A stretch of 64,000 nucleotides of DNA from a virus. Below are positions 40,464 through 53,300 of the stretch, piece after piece; within the stretch, counting starts at the first letter, position 1, and each line of letters starts with the position of its first letter. Under the pieces are notes generated by a model that was not told the origin of the DNA, did not search any database, and saw nothing but the letters and a program-made list of their open reading frames with translations. Location: positions 96,001-160,000 of IMG/VR virus record IMGVR_UViG_3300005264_000040; one strand, 5' to 3'. The translations under genes and the position numbers were made by a program.

Positions 40464-41123
40464 TTATATTTTTAATGGGATTACTTTTTCAAATGAACCT
40501 GAAACTTGTTCTACTATCATTAATGCTCCTACATTATATCCTGTGCTTATTGATTTTATTATTGCATTTGTATATGAAAACATTGATAATGGTTGTATCT
40601 TTGCGTTCTCTATGTCGTAATCAAATTTGATTTGTACTATAGAAAATGGTTTTGTGAAGATAGGATTTGCAAAATTAAAGTAATCGTCACCAGAACCTGC
40701 TGGAATCGCTCCATCATGCAATTCGTCATTATAGTTAGATTCATCCCCGTATATAGCGTGTAATATATTATAGGGTGTATATAATCTTGTCAATGAAAAA
40801 GAATTGTTTGTATATCCAAAAATTCTTTTTAATTTTGAACTTCCTAAACTTCTAAATTCTACAACATCTCTCATTTGAGGAGTGGAGAAACTCTGTACTA
40901 GACCCAAAAAATACAAATCAACATTTTCTGCTCCTGTATAATATTGTACTACTTTGTTATTATCAACATCACGTGGAATAAATAATGCTGTCATATTAGG
41001 ATTAGAAAGGAACAAATCACCTTTTACAGAACCAGTTAAGAATACCTGTTCAAAACTTTTAAGTTCATTACTCCCTCCTTCACGTTTTTGCCATACAATA
41101 GGAGGCAATTTAGAAACCATCAA
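40464..41123 (-). CDS. Tail tube-like protein
   Basis: GLVQSFSTPQMRDVVEFRSLGS..FSLTRLY and SISTGYNVGALMIVEQVSGSF resemble the tube fold. True ATG probably 41120. Confidence 0.55.
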   Translation of the reverse strand: MMVSKLPPIVWQKREGGSNELKSFEQVFLTGSVKGDLFLSNPNMTALFIPRDVDNNKVVQYYTGAENVDLYFLGLVQSFSTPQMRDVVEFRSLGSSKLKRIFGYTNNSFSLTRLYTPYNILHAIYGDESNYNDELHDGAIPAGSGDDYFNFANPIFTKPFSIVQIKFDYDIENAKIQPLSMFSYTNAIIKSISTGYNVGALMIVEQVSGSFEKVIPLKI

Positions 41124-41190
41124 AGTCCTCCACCTCCTTCCTGTAATCTATTATAACACAATTCTAAAAAAGTTTGCTAACAGTAAATCA

Positions 41191-41215
41191 AAAAAGCCTT
41201 CCATTTCTGGAAGGC
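41191..41215 (-). terminator. Intrinsic terminator
   Basis: GCCTTCCA/TGGAAGGC stem plus T-tract on minus. Confidence 0.7.
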
Positions 41216-41268
41216 AATGTAATAAGGGGAATGGAGATAAGGCAATGAAAAAGTCATTGGAATTGGTG

Positions 41269-41694
41269 TCAAATTTCATCTTTTAATGTTATTTGGATAA
41301 ACCCATCTTCATAAGATAAAACTACTGATGTCTGTATATTAAGTTGTTTTGTTAAATCTTTTAATTCTTCAAGGTTTAAATTCCAACCATTCAATGTGAT
41401 AGTTTGATTAGGTGGAACTACTATTTCTACGGTACCATCATTTAAAATTAAATTTTCATCAGTAAGATTAGTAATATCTAATTTTGAAAAACCACTTTCT
41501 TGCCCCTTTAATATTTTTATTAAATGATTGTTTTCAACTACATTTTTTGCTTTCGTATTATCGTTTCCTATTCTGTTTATTGCATAATCAAGCCTATTTA
41601 TAATTATATTGTTTTGTATAAGTTTTTCTTCTATGTTGATAGGTGGTTTTATTTTTACTACCTCTGTTTTTAATGTTTTTTCTGATAGTCCCAT
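41269..41694 (-). CDS. Minimal member of the modular family (short stalk plus C-terminal module)
   Basis: Start moved to ATG 41694 (AGGTGGAG SD, promoter at 41725..41733). ITNLTDENLILN..PNQTITLNGW resembles the C-terminus of the 2814-aa protein. Confidence 0.6.
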   Translation of the reverse strand: MGLSEKTLKTEVVKIKPPINIEEKLIQNNIIINRLDYAINRIGNDNTKAKNVVENNHLIKILKGQESGFSKLDITNLTDENLILNDGTVEIVVPPNQTITLNGWNLNLEELKDLTKQLNIQTSVVLSYEDGFIQITLKDEI

Positions 41695-41786
41695 AGAAGT
41701 ACTCCACCTTTCTGCTTTTTTTTTATTATAACATATTTTGAATATAAAAATCAATATAAGAGGGGATTTTTCATCCCCTCGTGTTA

Positions 41787-44700
41787 TTATCCTCTGTAAT
41801 AAGGAATAAGATTATCTCTCATATAAACAATTGTTTCGTTGTCAAAACTATCATTAATTGTTGTAAGGTCTTCTGTGAATTTAACTTCTAACCAACCAAA
41901 ATCTGAATGGAATAAATGATTATCATTCATATGGACATCTGTAATGATTGTACTATAATTTGTCATAACTTCTTTCCACCAACCATAAACTTTGACTGTT
42001 TGTCCAGCTTCTATAAGTAATTTTTTGCCATTGATTGTTAATTCCAATTGAGCGTTAGCGTTGTTCTTGAATATTGTAACAGATATTGCTGTGTTTGCAC
42101 CAGAAAGAATACTATCAATTGGTTTATCTGCTTGCATTAATTGTCTTAAGTTTGACATAAATTTGGCATTTGTATTTTGCTTATAGAATTGATTCATAAA
42201 TGCATCTAATCTATTTATCTTTGTATCATTTGTTGCTATGTATGTATCAAGATCCACATCAATTGATTTTTCTGGTAATTGCTGACATGTAATAAGTTTT
42301 TGATGATCTATATCTGCTAATGAATAACCTTCAATTAAAAGTTGTTTAAAACTATTTATATTATTATAAATATCTAAATCTAAACTGTACTGGCTATAAC
42401 TTAAAATATCTATGTCGAATATATTAGTATAAATAGAATTTTGTAAAGTTTTGTTGAGTATGATATTTTCTAATAATTCAAAAGAAAGATTATAAATATC
42501 TATATTTTGATGTTCTTCTAAGAAAATAGAATTAATAGAGCTGATAAATTTCGTTGATTCTTCTCCGAATACAAATACTTGTGTATCTAAGTACCTGGAA
42601 GAAGCTATTGCCAAATTAAATACTATTGATTCTATGTATTTCATTAAAGTGCCATATGATAAGAAGTAATTGAATATTGCTTTGTCATATACTGAAGTCT
42701 GCTTTATTATGTTGTCAATATCTATTTCCGATTTTAATCCTAAAATATAAGCAGTACTTTCTAATTCTATTTGTTTTGTAATGTCAAGTATCATTCCATA
42801 TACATCGAAATTATTGTTTATTGAAGATTTCTGGAACATTTCTGACACAATATCGGAAATTTTTGCTGGATTTATTACTATTATGTGAGATTCTATAATA
42901 TTTTCTGTTTTAGAATATTGTGTATTTTCTGTTTCTACATTTATTGAACTACTTAAACCATAAATGTAATTGAATACATCCAATGGATATTCAAGAACTT
43001 GTGTTGCTGCAACTATTTCAGCTTCAAATATGTTCGAAATTAATGTGTAATCTAATATATTTATATCAAATTGACTTTCTAATAAATGAGAAACATACAT
43101 TTCAGCTTCAGTGCTTAATGTGTATTTGCTCCATTGTAATTCTATTGTGTCAATATCTTGCGTTGTTTGAATTCCGTAAATATAATGTACTGAATCAAAT
43201 TCGATGTTTGTTCCCATAAGATGTACTGGTATTGCTTCTATATCAAATTTTTGTCCTATGTAACTGTAAAGCTCAGATGTTATATCTTGACTTTCTTTAC
43301 TCCAAATAGAATTATAAATATCACCCGAAATAGAACTCAATATTCCTGCTTGTACTAATTGAAGATTAATTCTTACACTTTCATTTGTTTCTGCTTCAAT
43401 ATTTGTATCAAATATTGTTGAATATAAGAGACTTGCATATTCAGTAGATTCAATTGAATTAGTTAATTCAGTAAATTGAAGCATTTCTGTCTCTATTGTT
43501 TTTTCCAAAAGTGAGAATACTGAGTTTGTAACTTCTAAATCCATAGCATCTAATGCTGTATGTATTAAATTTTGTACATTAAAAGGAGTTTCTAAACTGT
43601 GGGATACATATTCCTTGGCAACTATATCTTTTATTGATGTAATAGCTTGCATGGTAGCATTTTCTATTTGATTTTTCAAGAGTGTGACATAATAGGATTC
43701 AATAAGATTTTGTTGTAATACATATCCATTTATAATAGATTCAAGAATATTGTCAGTATCAGAACTAATAAGGTTATTAGCTATTAAATGAACACTTCTT
43801 CTAAGATTTTGATACATTTCCAATTCCATGATTTGTTCTGTAATTGTATATTGCAAGAAATCTACATATATATCTTTAGTATCTGATAATCCTGTAATTT
43901 TAGATTTTGTATCGATAAAGAGATTAAATAATTCATATGAAGTAACTGTTGCATTAAAGAAAATACTATATTCAATATTTTGATGCCACAAATCACTACT
44001 TTCTATATTTGTTTGTGCTAAAGAATGTTGCAATATTTCATTATCTAACAACAACGAACTGCTTAACCCAGATACCATTACTGAATTATCTATATTTATA
44101 TCAGTGTGACTATAAGTTTTCATTTCCGAATATACGCTAAGCAAATATTCTGAGAATTGTTTTGTCAAAGATTCAAAGTCTAACTTTTCTAAAGTATGCT
44201 GCAAAGTTTCTGCTGCTACTTGTAAATCATAAATTGAATATTGTGAATTAAATACATCTACATCTATTTCAGAACTTAATCCTACATGTAATGTGTAATT
44301 TCCAATATAAAGAGAATATTGTTCTGTTGGCATCATCATTACATCAAAAAATTTCGTGTATTCAGAACGTTGAAGTGTATTACTATCTTCAACAGTTAAA
44401 GGAACATGACCTACCTGCAATGAAATTGTGTCCAGATCATTTTTAAGCTGATTGTATTGGTTCATTACCACATCAAAATCTACAAATTCTGAAGAATATA
44501 ATTTAAGCAATAATGCTACTTCACTAGATTTCATCGAATGTTGTAAAGTATATTCCGTTAATTGATTTAAAATCTTGGTATATTGGAGCATATCTGCTAA
44601 ATCTATATTTGAATTTAATAATGAATATTGCAAAGCATTAGTTTGTACTGCTTCTGATAATACTGTTGTTTGAAGAACTGCAGATTCTGCTAAATTATTA

Positions 44701-47700
44701 GTTGCGGAATATTGTAATAAAATAACATCTGTATTGAGTTCTTTTATTGATTTTAACCATGTATAATATTCTGTTTCTTTTGTAAGCCATGTAGGATCTC
44801 CTACTATTTCTCCAGTAACATCATTTACACCGTCATAAACTTTATAACCATAACCTTCATTAAAGACATACGATGCTATTAAGTTAGTTGCATCTGCTGA
44901 AGCTGGTTCTACATCTGCTTCCCAAATTTTTAAATCATAAATTTTATCTAAGAAATAGTTATCAGGCACATATCCTATTAAGTTGATACTTACAGGTACA
45001 TCTGTTTCTGCTGTTGTTATATCTATTTCTGTGCCATCAATATATAAATGATATTCTCCATTAATTCTTTTTACTACTATATCATGCAATCCTACAGCTG
45101 GTGCATCATTCAATTGAATAAAGTCATTTTCTTGTGATTGATACTCTTCAGAAGGTGCTGCAGCTTCATTCTTTATAGATATTAAACCAGCAGCATTAGC
45201 CACAGAATTCCAATAAGCTTTTGCGTAAATTGTGTAATCTTTATTTGTTTTATCAATATTTTCTAAAGGAACTGTCAAAATATAATCAGAATTAAATTGA
45301 ATACCTTTGAAAGGTTGGAATGCTTGTACATATGGTCTAATAGCAATTGGCCCGTTATCTGTTGTAGAATAAACGGCGTTAATTATTTTAACTGCAGTTG
45401 CGTTTTGCGTAATTGCATCCGTTGTAAATATCAATTCATTATTTATATAAAAATTTGTTGAGCCATCAATTCTTTGTATTTTAAAAGAAGCCGATTTGTT
45501 TATATTAATATCATCATCTGGGAATATATCTACATTTGCTACTACAACGCCATCTGGATTAGTTGAAGTTACTTTATATACTTTTAATGAATCATAATTT
45601 CCATCATTAGAAGCATTATCTTCTGCTACCAGCAAATATTCTGTTCCATCTTTTAGTACAACTCCCAAACCTCTTACTGCATCAATTGAATCTGCCCATT
45701 CCATTTTAGGTAAATCTAATACAAAATCTTCAGTAAATTCATTGTCAAACTCATATATAATTCCTGCATTTGATAAATCGTTATAAGAAGCAGGTTTTTC
45801 ATCTATTTCTAAGAATGTATTATGATAAATAAGTTTTGCATTTGGCAATTCTTTGAAATATGTATTAAGAATAGTATCGTAAGCCCAATAATCAATATGC
45901 CTTTCATAAGTTGTAAAGGATTTATTTGTGTTAGGTTGAATCCAAAATTCATTTAATCCTGTTGTTAAATTTACTGGTCCTATATAAGTAGCATTATCTG
46001 TTACAACAGCAGGTACTACTGAACCGTCTGGTTTGACAACTGATATATTTGTCATATCATTAAGATTAAACCCAAATCTTTCTACGAAGAATTGTTCCGG
46101 TATTTTCAACATAACGCTTTCTCTATTAACAGGTGATTCTATTAAATATTTAGCTTTTAAAGGAGTTTGGATATCTTTGATTTTTCTATCATATTTCAAA
46201 GGATAATTTAAAGATTGAACATAAGCATCAATTGGTATTTCTTTGTTGTTATATTGTTTTGTCTGTCCTTCAACAAAAATAGAGGTTCCTAAATCTGTTG
46301 TATTTACAACAATATCAAAGAACTGTCTTGCATTAACTAATGGATAATAGGATAAAGAAATATTATTTTCTCTAACAGGCATTTGTATTAAATCTGAGAA
46401 ATCTGTACTGATTTCCAATGATACCGGAACATAAACCCTAACATCAAAAGGCTTTTTTGTATCTGTTGAAATATTAGTATCTATTCCGTTTAGTTTCATT
46501 TTATATTGAGAATAAGTACCATATGCATCATTTTCATAATACAACCAATCGAGAGTGTAATCTTTTGGATTTGTTATTGTTTCACTTAAATCATATTTAA
46601 ACACATATTCGTTGGTATCTGCATCTTTCATTACAAAATACAATATGCCATTTTCTTTTTCAAGACCCCATAGTAAATCAGTAGCAGTTTCAAATATTTC
46701 TATATTTACTGTATCCTCTATTATTTCATCGTTTAGATATATTACAGAAGTATCAATATTACCTCCATGACCCGAAGCAAAAAACCATCTAAGACGTTTA
46801 GGACTTGCAACTATATTCGTATTTTCTTCATTAGAAAAGGCGAGACCCGCTGCTATACTTAAATATTTTAATTCAACTAAACTATCTGCTTTATGATGAT
46901 GTTTGAAATAAAAATAATCTCCATTTTTAAAAGAAACTAAATTTAATTTATTTGAACCTTCGAATTTAAATGCAGCAGAAATATATTTATCTTCGTCAGA
47001 ATATATATAATTATTCCATACTGGATGTTCCATTTCAAAAATAGGTTCGTTTTTCCCATTAAACCCTATTTCAGTTATTAAAGGTTCAGCATTAGAATTG
47101 AAATCTGTTTTCCAATATCCTTCAGTGAAATTAACAAAAGTTTTGTTATGCACTAATAGTGGAGCAACTTCCGAAATTTCTTTAGATGTTGATGAATACC
47201 CATTCACATTAACATCTAAATTTTGGGTTGTTTGCATTCCTAAAGTATTAATCATTATATCAAAATATGGCTCACTTACATGTCTGGTAACTTTTAATGA
47301 TTGTATTTGATATCTATATAAATAAAAACCATAAGCTAAACGATTAAATCTTAAACCAATATGAGTAAGTTCAGAAACGCCTTCTGGAATTGTTTGCGTG
47401 TGAATCAAAACATCATAAATATAATAATAAGCAATTCTGTTTTCTATTTTTATTTTGAGTTTTAAATGTTGCCCTGATGGTATTACCGGTAAAGGTTCTC
47501 CTGTTTCAGGATTATCTATTTGTCTAAAATCAATTGTTTTAACAACACTATTACCAACAAAAGCTGCATAATCGAAACGTCCGTTATACATATAAGGTGA
47601 ATAAATACCAACACCAATACTTTTATCAAAGTTAAAATTATGATCGTCAGTTTGGTCGAAATATAGCTGTAACCCATCTTTGAAATAATAAAGGTAGCAG

Positions 47701-50231
47701 TATGTTCCTTCGTTTTTGAATAAAAGATCTAATTCAATTTCAGTAGAACCATATCTTCTTAAAGATATAGGTTCTTGAAGTTTAGTAATAGCAGCTTGTT
47801 CAGGCAAATCTCCTACTTGACTTATATTTTTCCCGGTTACATCATATTCTGTTTCGCCTACTTGTTCTACAAGCAAATGTCCATCATATGAATACCAATC
47901 TTTAGAAGCTTCAAAAACTTCTACTGTTTCATTTATACAATGTTGGTACATATTTGCTATTTCAAATGATTTATCAATTTCGCTTACAATTGAATTAATT
48001 GCATCTATGTTTATTTTCTTATTTATTCCGTAAATAGCTACAAAACACTCTATATTTTTAGTTTTTTCTGAAAATTGTGATAAATCATCCAATGATATAA
48101 ACATTGTATTACCATCACAACTATTAATTTGAGTTTCAATATTTTGTTGTTTTTTCCATGTTCCTATAAATTCTGAATCTATAGAAATATTCGAAAAATG
48201 TTTTATATAAGATTCAAAAAATAAACTTGTTTCTGAATACATTATATTTGTCAAATTTATAGGCAATTCATAAAGACCTCGGACTGTATGTAAAAAAACA
48301 TCTAATTCATTTTCTGTTTGACCTTTTTTTGTTGCAAAAGAATCAAGAGTTATATCCTGCACTGTAACACTTTTTATTGTTTCATATATATTTGTAGGAT
48401 AAGTTAAAAAGTTTTCATCAAATTCTTTAATTTCAAATCCATATTCGGAAACGGTTATAGGATGAACAGATGCCCCTCTTCCAGTATAAACATTTCTTCC
48501 AAAAGAAATTGCTGCCAAAAATTGGGTATTAGCAACATACGAAGTTAAATCTAAATCAAACACATAATCATCAACATACATTCTCCATTTATTTTCTTCA
48601 TCTAATTTTAACCCTATTTCTAAAGTATCTCCTTCTTTTTTTGACAATAAATGATTTATCAAAGGATGCGGACCGGACGCGTGAGCATCATATCCATATA
48701 TTTCATTGTTATTATAACTTACTCTAATTGAATCTAATTCATCACCATGTCCAGCCATCCACCAAAAATAAAGTCTAGGATATCCTGCGTAATTTGTAGT
48801 TCCGTCTGGAGCATCAAATGAAAATCCTATTCTTTCTTGATTGTCAAAGAAATTGTCTCTTGAAAAATCTTTATCTAAATATAATTTTACATAAACTTTC
48901 TTTAAATTAGAAACTAATAATTGATTATCGTTATGAGGACGAAAAGCAAAATTCCATCTTTCATCGTTCCACGCAAAATAAGTACTAGAAGCAAGTTGCA
49001 AATCTTCTTTTGCTAATTTGTTTTCTTTGAAAGTTTTTACAGTTCCAATAGTTGATTTAGTAAAAGTTGCTCCATTAAAAGTTTCAAGTTTATTTCTGAA
49101 GTCTGGCACTTTCTCTGTATGATGATAAATTTTCAAATAGCCATCTGAGTAAAATAATAATGTATCGTTATTTTCATCTATTGCTTGAAAATAAAAAGCT
49201 GAATTGTCCTCATTGCTATTAATAAAAGAAATATCCGAAAATGAAAATTCGGTAGGAGAAAACGTATTATTTACAGCGTCATATTTGTAAAGAGTATTAT
49301 CTAATCCGTAGTACAAAGTGTTATTTATAAAGGTTCCATGTTGAACTTCGCCAGTAAGGCTACGAGCCAACCAAACGCTTAAATCACTGTAATTAAGTAT
49401 CAAATATCCTTCGTTTAATAGAATAACTATTCTGTCATTTACTGTTTCTTGAAAAAGAATTTTATATACATAATTATTGCCTACAGTTTCTGTAGTAGGA
49501 TTATATTTTATAACTGTTATTTTTTCGTCACTAGTATAATTTAAAATTATAAATTCTCCTGTTTTAGTTTTTATCAATTCTCTACGGGGACTAGTAACAT
49601 TTGTAGAAGGATAATTTTGAGAAAATTTTTCTGTTACTGTCCCTGAACTATAATCAATTTTTAAAAGTTTTACACTCTTCGAAACTTCATCAGAAAAAGC
49701 AAAATAAGCTATATTGTTTTCTAAAACCGGAGTTCTATAAGATATACGATAAACTGAATTTATATTGTATGGAACGGTAATCTTCGAACTTTCATCTATT
49801 GTATGGTCTGATAACAAATCATACAATTCAAATCCATTTTCAGTTATAGCAATACCTTTGTTATTTAATTTGTCAATAGTAAAAAAAGTGGAAGAATTAA
49901 AACTCAAAGTTTGTATTACATTTACCTGAGAATTATTCCAGTCATACTCCAAAATAAATACTTCATAAAATTTATTAGAAGAATCATCTTTTTCATATAC
50001 AAATGCTAAAAATCTTGAATCTCCTAAACTTATAGCGTTTTGAAGATATAAAGCAGTTAAATTAGTTGCTTGAAGCGGCAGAGAAAAGGTTATTTTATTG
50101 TTCGTTAAAGGATCTACTAAATAAAACTCATTTGTAGTTCCAAGGTAATTTCGAACTAATATATACGAATCAATTTGGAAAATATAAGTGTTCGAAAGGT
50201 TCGAATCATAATATTTGGCAATCATACACAA
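41787..50231 (-). CDS. Giant (2814 aa) modular fibre/adhesin: propeller-like head, several lectin/LamG-like domains, long Q-repeat stalk, C-terminal module
   Basis: LamG-like GLHDIVVKRINGEYHLYIDG..IYDLKIW and Q-repeats over about 42130..44716. Promoter at 50266..50274. Confidence 0.65.
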   Translation of the reverse strand: MCMIAKYYDSNLSNTYIFQIDSYILVRNYLGTTNEFYLVDPLTNNKITFSLPLQATNLTALYLQNAISLGDSRFLAFVYEKDDSSNKFYEVFILEYDWNNSQVNVIQTLSFNSSTFFTIDKLNNKGIAITENGFELYDLLSDHTIDESSKITVPYNINSVYRISYRTPVLENNIAYFAFSDEVSKSVKLLKIDYSSGTVTEKFSQNYPSTNVTSPRRELIKTKTGEFIILNYTSDEKITVIKYNPTTETVGNNYVYKILFQETVNDRIVILLNEGYLILNYSDLSVWLARSLTGEVQHGTFINNTLYYGLDNTLYKYDAVNNTFSPTEFSFSDISFINSNEDNSAFYFQAIDENNDTLLFYSDGYLKIYHHTEKVPDFRNKLETFNGATFTKSTIGTVKTFKENKLAKEDLQLASSTYFAWNDERWNFAFRPHNDNQLLVSNLKKVYVKLYLDKDFSRDNFFDNQERIGFSFDAPDGTTNYAGYPRLYFWWMAGHGDELDSIRVSYNNNEIYGYDAHASGPHPLINHLLSKKEGDTLEIGLKLDEENKWRMYVDDYVFDLDLTSYVANTQFLAAISFGRNVYTGRGASVHPITVSEYGFEIKEFDENFLTYPTNIYETIKSVTVQDITLDSFATKKGQTENELDVFLHTVRGLYELPINLTNIMYSETSLFFESYIKHFSNISIDSEFIGTWKKQQNIETQINSCDGNTMFISLDDLSQFSEKTKNIECFVAIYGINKKINIDAINSIVSEIDKSFEIANMYQHCINETVEVFEASKDWYSYDGHLLVEQVGETEYDVTGKNISQVGDLPEQAAITKLQEPISLRRYGSTEIELDLLFKNEGTYCYLYYFKDGLQLYFDQTDDHNFNFDKSIGVGIYSPYMYNGRFDYAAFVGNSVVKTIDFRQIDNPETGEPLPVIPSGQHLKLKIKIENRIAYYYIYDVLIHTQTIPEGVSELTHIGLRFNRLAYGFYLYRYQIQSLKVTRHVSEPYFDIMINTLGMQTTQNLDVNVNGYSSTSKEISEVAPLLVHNKTFVNFTEGYWKTDFNSNAEPLITEIGFNGKNEPIFEMEHPVWNNYIYSDEDKYISAAFKFEGSNKLNLVSFKNGDYFYFKHHHKADSLVELKYLSIAAGLAFSNEENTNIVASPKRLRWFFASGHGGNIDTSVIYLNDEIIEDTVNIEIFETATDLLWGLEKENGILYFVMKDADTNEYVFKYDLSETITNPKDYTLDWLYYENDAYGTYSQYKMKLNGIDTNISTDTKKPFDVRVYVPVSLEISTDFSDLIQMPVRENNISLSYYPLVNARQFFDIVVNTTDLGTSIFVEGQTKQYNNKEIPIDAYVQSLNYPLKYDRKIKDIQTPLKAKYLIESPVNRESVMLKIPEQFFVERFGFNLNDMTNISVVKPDGSVVPAVVTDNATYIGPVNLTTGLNEFWIQPNTNKSFTTYERHIDYWAYDTILNTYFKELPNAKLIYHNTFLEIDEKPASYNDLSNAGIIYEFDNEFTEDFVLDLPKMEWADSIDAVRGLGVVLKDGTEYLLVAEDNASNDGNYDSLKVYKVTSTNPDGVVVANVDIFPDDDININKSASFKIQRIDGSTNFYINNELIFTTDAITQNATAVKIINAVYSTTDNGPIAIRPYVQAFQPFKGIQFNSDYILTVPLENIDKTNKDYTIYAKAYWNSVANAAGLISIKNEAAAPSEEYQSQENDFIQLNDAPAVGLHDIVVKRINGEYHLYIDGTEIDITTAETDVPVSINLIGYVPDNYFLDKIYDLKIWEADVEPASADATNLIASYVFNEGYGYKVYDGVNDVTGEIVGDPTWLTKETEYYTWLKSIKELNTDVILLQYSATNNLAESAVLQTTVLSEAVQTNALQYSLLNSNIDLADMLQYTKILNQLTEYTLQHSMKSSEVALLLKLYSSEFVDFDVVMNQYNQLKNDLDTISLQVGHVPLTVEDSNTLQRSEYTKFFDVMMMPTEQYSLYIGNYTLHVGLSSEIDVDVFNSQYSIYDLQVAAETLQHTLEKLDFESLTKQFSEYLLSVYSEMKTYSHTDINIDNSVMVSGLSSSLLLDNEILQHSLAQTNIESSDLWHQNIEYSIFFNATVTSYELFNLFIDTKSKITGLSDTKDIYVDFLQYTITEQIMELEMYQNLRRSVHLIANNLISSDTDNILESIINGYVLQQNLIESYYVTLLKNQIENATMQAITSIKDIVAKEYVSHSLETPFNVQNLIHTALDAMDLEVTNSVFSLLEKTIETEMLQFTELTNSIESTEYASLLYSTIFDTNIEAETNESVRINLQLVQAGILSSISGDIYNSIWSKESQDITSELYSYIGQKFDIEAIPVHLMGTNIEFDSVHYIYGIQTTQDIDTIELQWSKYTLSTEAEMYVSHLLESQFDINILDYTLISNIFEAEIVAATQVLEYPLDVFNYIYGLSSSINVETENTQYSKTENIIESHIIVINPAKISDIVSEMFQKSSINNNFDVYGMILDITKQIELESTAYILGLKSEIDIDNIIKQTSVYDKAIFNYFLSYGTLMKYIESIVFNLAIASSRYLDTQVFVFGEESTKFISSINSIFLEEHQNIDIYNLSFELLENIILNKTLQNSIYTNIFDIDILSYSQYSLDLDIYNNINSFKQLLIEGYSLADIDHQKLITCQQLPEKSIDVDLDTYIATNDTKINRLDAFMNQFYKQNTNAKFMSNLRQLMQADKPIDSILSGANTAISVTIFKNNANAQLELTINGKKLLIEAGQTVKVYGWWKEVMTNYSTIITDVHMNDNHLFHSDFGWLEVKFTEDLTTINDSFDNETIVYMRDNLIPYYRG

Positions 50232-50300
50232 AACCCCCTTGTAGATTTTAATATTTCATATGGTTATTATATCATAAATCAAGTTATCGATGTTAATAAC

Positions 50301-50327
50301 AAAAAACCGGGAGCATATCAGCTCCCG
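50301..50327 (-). terminator. Intrinsic terminator
   Basis: CGGGAGC/GCTCCCG stem plus T-tract on minus. Confidence 0.7.
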
Positions 50328-50333
50328 AATATA

Positions 50334-53300
50334 TTACCACATAGTTCCTTCTTTTATTTCATTGATATAATCAGAATAATCAAGTTCTCTTGTGTCTCTT
50401 TCATCGTTTATTATAGTTGTGACATACCCATAAATAACATCTATTTTCGCATATTTATTAATATAAATTTCTTTTCCGTTATCTACATATTTTATTTTTC
50501 TTATATATTGTCTTACGTTAGGATATGCTAAGAAGAAATCTTCCCATTTCAACATAGAAGATACTCCCCAACGCGGAACTCCTATTACATATTTTCCAGC
50601 AACCATTCTTACATCTTTAGAACTGTGATTGAGGAATAGAGTAGCTTTTTTCTTTATAACTTTTACTACAGTCACATTAATTCCTTTCATTATTCTATGG
50701 TGAGTTAAAATGTTTGCTAATTCCATTGGATGTTCTTTTTTACTATGATGCATTTCCATTCCTTCAATGAGATTTTCGGTTTTTATACCACAATGCTTAG
50801 GAACACTTTCTATACTATTTTCAGAAACAGAAGTTTGGAAAATGCTATTTTCTAAAACATTAGAATGAGTTACAATTATCATTAATGGTGCATTTTCGCT
50901 TAATTCAATATTTTGTTTTACGTAGGCAGATATCAAAGAATATTCAATAGGATGTTTTGCATTCCTTATTAACCATAATTGCCATTCAAAATCTTTTTCG
51001 TCTTCAGAGTGCTGTAATACATATCCATCAAAAGTTTTAGATAAATGTCCAGCCATTACAACTCTTGAACTTAACCAATTTGCAGTTTGAATATCATCCC
51101 AAAGTACTACACTTTCAATGTTTCTTTCAGAAGAAATACCTTGCCAATACAATGGAGCATTTAGAATATTCCTTTTTCTAATTGCATATTGAGTTGCAAT
51201 AGGTAAATCTATATCTATTTGCGTACTGAAATGTGACCATATTATCATATCAATTGGAATGTCTGCTTTTATGTAAGTATTGAGGTTTGAAATAGTTAAA
51301 TATGCATTATTAGGATTATTAGGCCCTGAATCGGTTATAGTTATTTCTACACCTTTTAAATCCATAATTTTATATTCTGGTTTGTTGTATTCTATTAGTT
51401 GTGCATGCGTTATAGAATTACTATTTTCATCCCTTAAAGTGTAATTAAATATTACCCCATTGCTTAAATGTTTCAAAGTTAGTTTTACATGTATGTTTTG
51501 AGAAGTGGAAGCAAATCCATTCAAATTAGTTGTAGTTCTGTTTTTGGATAATTGGTCGTATTCTAGGATTGGTTTATAGGAAGTTCCAAAAGGAATAAAG
51601 TAACGCAAAATCCCATCAAACCAACTTATAATTTGATTTATACTATAATCAATATTTAAATCAGCACTTACAAGAGGAACTTCCTTATTCCAGGATAACC
51701 TTGTAATCATATGGAATGGAGCATCCAATTGTCCAAATGGCACTTCAGAATGTATATCAAATTCTAATGTAAATTGCAAATTCTTTAATGGACCGCTTAA
51801 TGGAGTTTCTTTATATAATGTCAAATCTTCTCTATCAGTAAAATCTAGAGAAATCGCATTTCCATTTATTATTACAGGTCCAGTAGCATTCCAGTTTTCA
51901 TAATCATTTAGTTTGTGTATTGTAAAATAATTGCAAACTACATGTTGATACAGATCAGCAAACTCAAATGTGTTTTCTTTCGAAACAGGAATAACTCGTA
52001 TTAAATCTAACCATGGTTGTGGTTCTGGTTTTATATCTGTAATCTTCACCATACAGTCAATCATATTTGCATTTGAAGAAACACGTTGGATTAAATTAGC
52101 AAACTCCATATTTTTTTCTTTATGTTGCAGCCAAGACACATGAGATATTATAGTAATTTCGTTCGATAATCCAAAGTGTTTTGGAGTTGAATCAAGTTTT
52201 GTCATTTGGGTTGAACGTTGCAATTGATTAGCTAATATAACATATAAAAATCTTTCAACTAAATCAGCTGCATAAATATCCATATCTATTTTTCTTTCAA
52301 TATTTGGCCACAAACGATTTGCTTCAAATGACAATTCTTTTTTGTGTAAGTGCCAAATATCCGAAGAAACAATGTTTAAATCCCGTGTCATAAAGTATGT
52401 TCTAACAGCATCTATTATTGGTGGTTTATTATAACCTGCGTAAAAATTCATATTTTTTAAATAAATAGGTTGTAGGCTTGTTAGATTTTTTGCGTCAAAT
52501 TCTATTCCAAATTCTACTATATCTATAAATTTCTTTTTAAAGAAATTATCAGTTGATAAATCGGTTCCTACACTGTTTGATGTATTTAAAGAATCATCAA
52601 TTCTATATCTATAACCAACAATATTTTTTAATCTGAAATCAGTTTTTATACCTATAGTATGCGAATAATTAGTAGTACCCCATGTTCTAATCCTATTACC
52701 ATTAGGATCATCAATATACATACTTGCTCCATAATAAGTACTTAAACTGTTTATACCATATTTATAAACATAACCTTCTGAATCTTTAAAATAAACATAC
52801 ATAGCTGAAGCGTCAGTAAAAGGCATATAATAAGTAACATCAAACATTATCCTGTGAAATTTAAGAATAGAAAATCTTTTATACATAGGAAATTTGATAT
52901 ACCCTTTTGTAAAACCATTTTCCAAATCTACTTTTATTTCTAAACCATCTTCGGTATAATTATAAATTAATCCTTCAATTGTAGAACTGGAAGGTAGTTG
53001 TTGCTGTATCAAATCCAAATTCATTTCTTCGTAATCATTTGGTTTTACTGAATATAAAACCTCTAAATAACAATCAATAGGTACCTGTTGTGTTAGTGCT
53101 TGGTATGTTTTTATTAGCCCCGTAGGGATATCAATAGAACGTATGATTGAAGGTCTTTGAATCATGACATCTATTGTGTTTGGGTTTTGGATTTGAATGG
53201 AAAATTCTTTTAACCATATAGTATCTCTATCAATATGACTAATCCAAATCTGTACATTTTTTAAATTCGCGCTTCCTATTACTTCATAAGGCATTTCTCC

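Noticed and set aside
41695-41754. ORF-track starts at 41754 and, likewise, 60113
   Set aside because: Extended -10 motifs and strong SDs lie inside these extensions, so starts at 41694 and 60173 are preferred.
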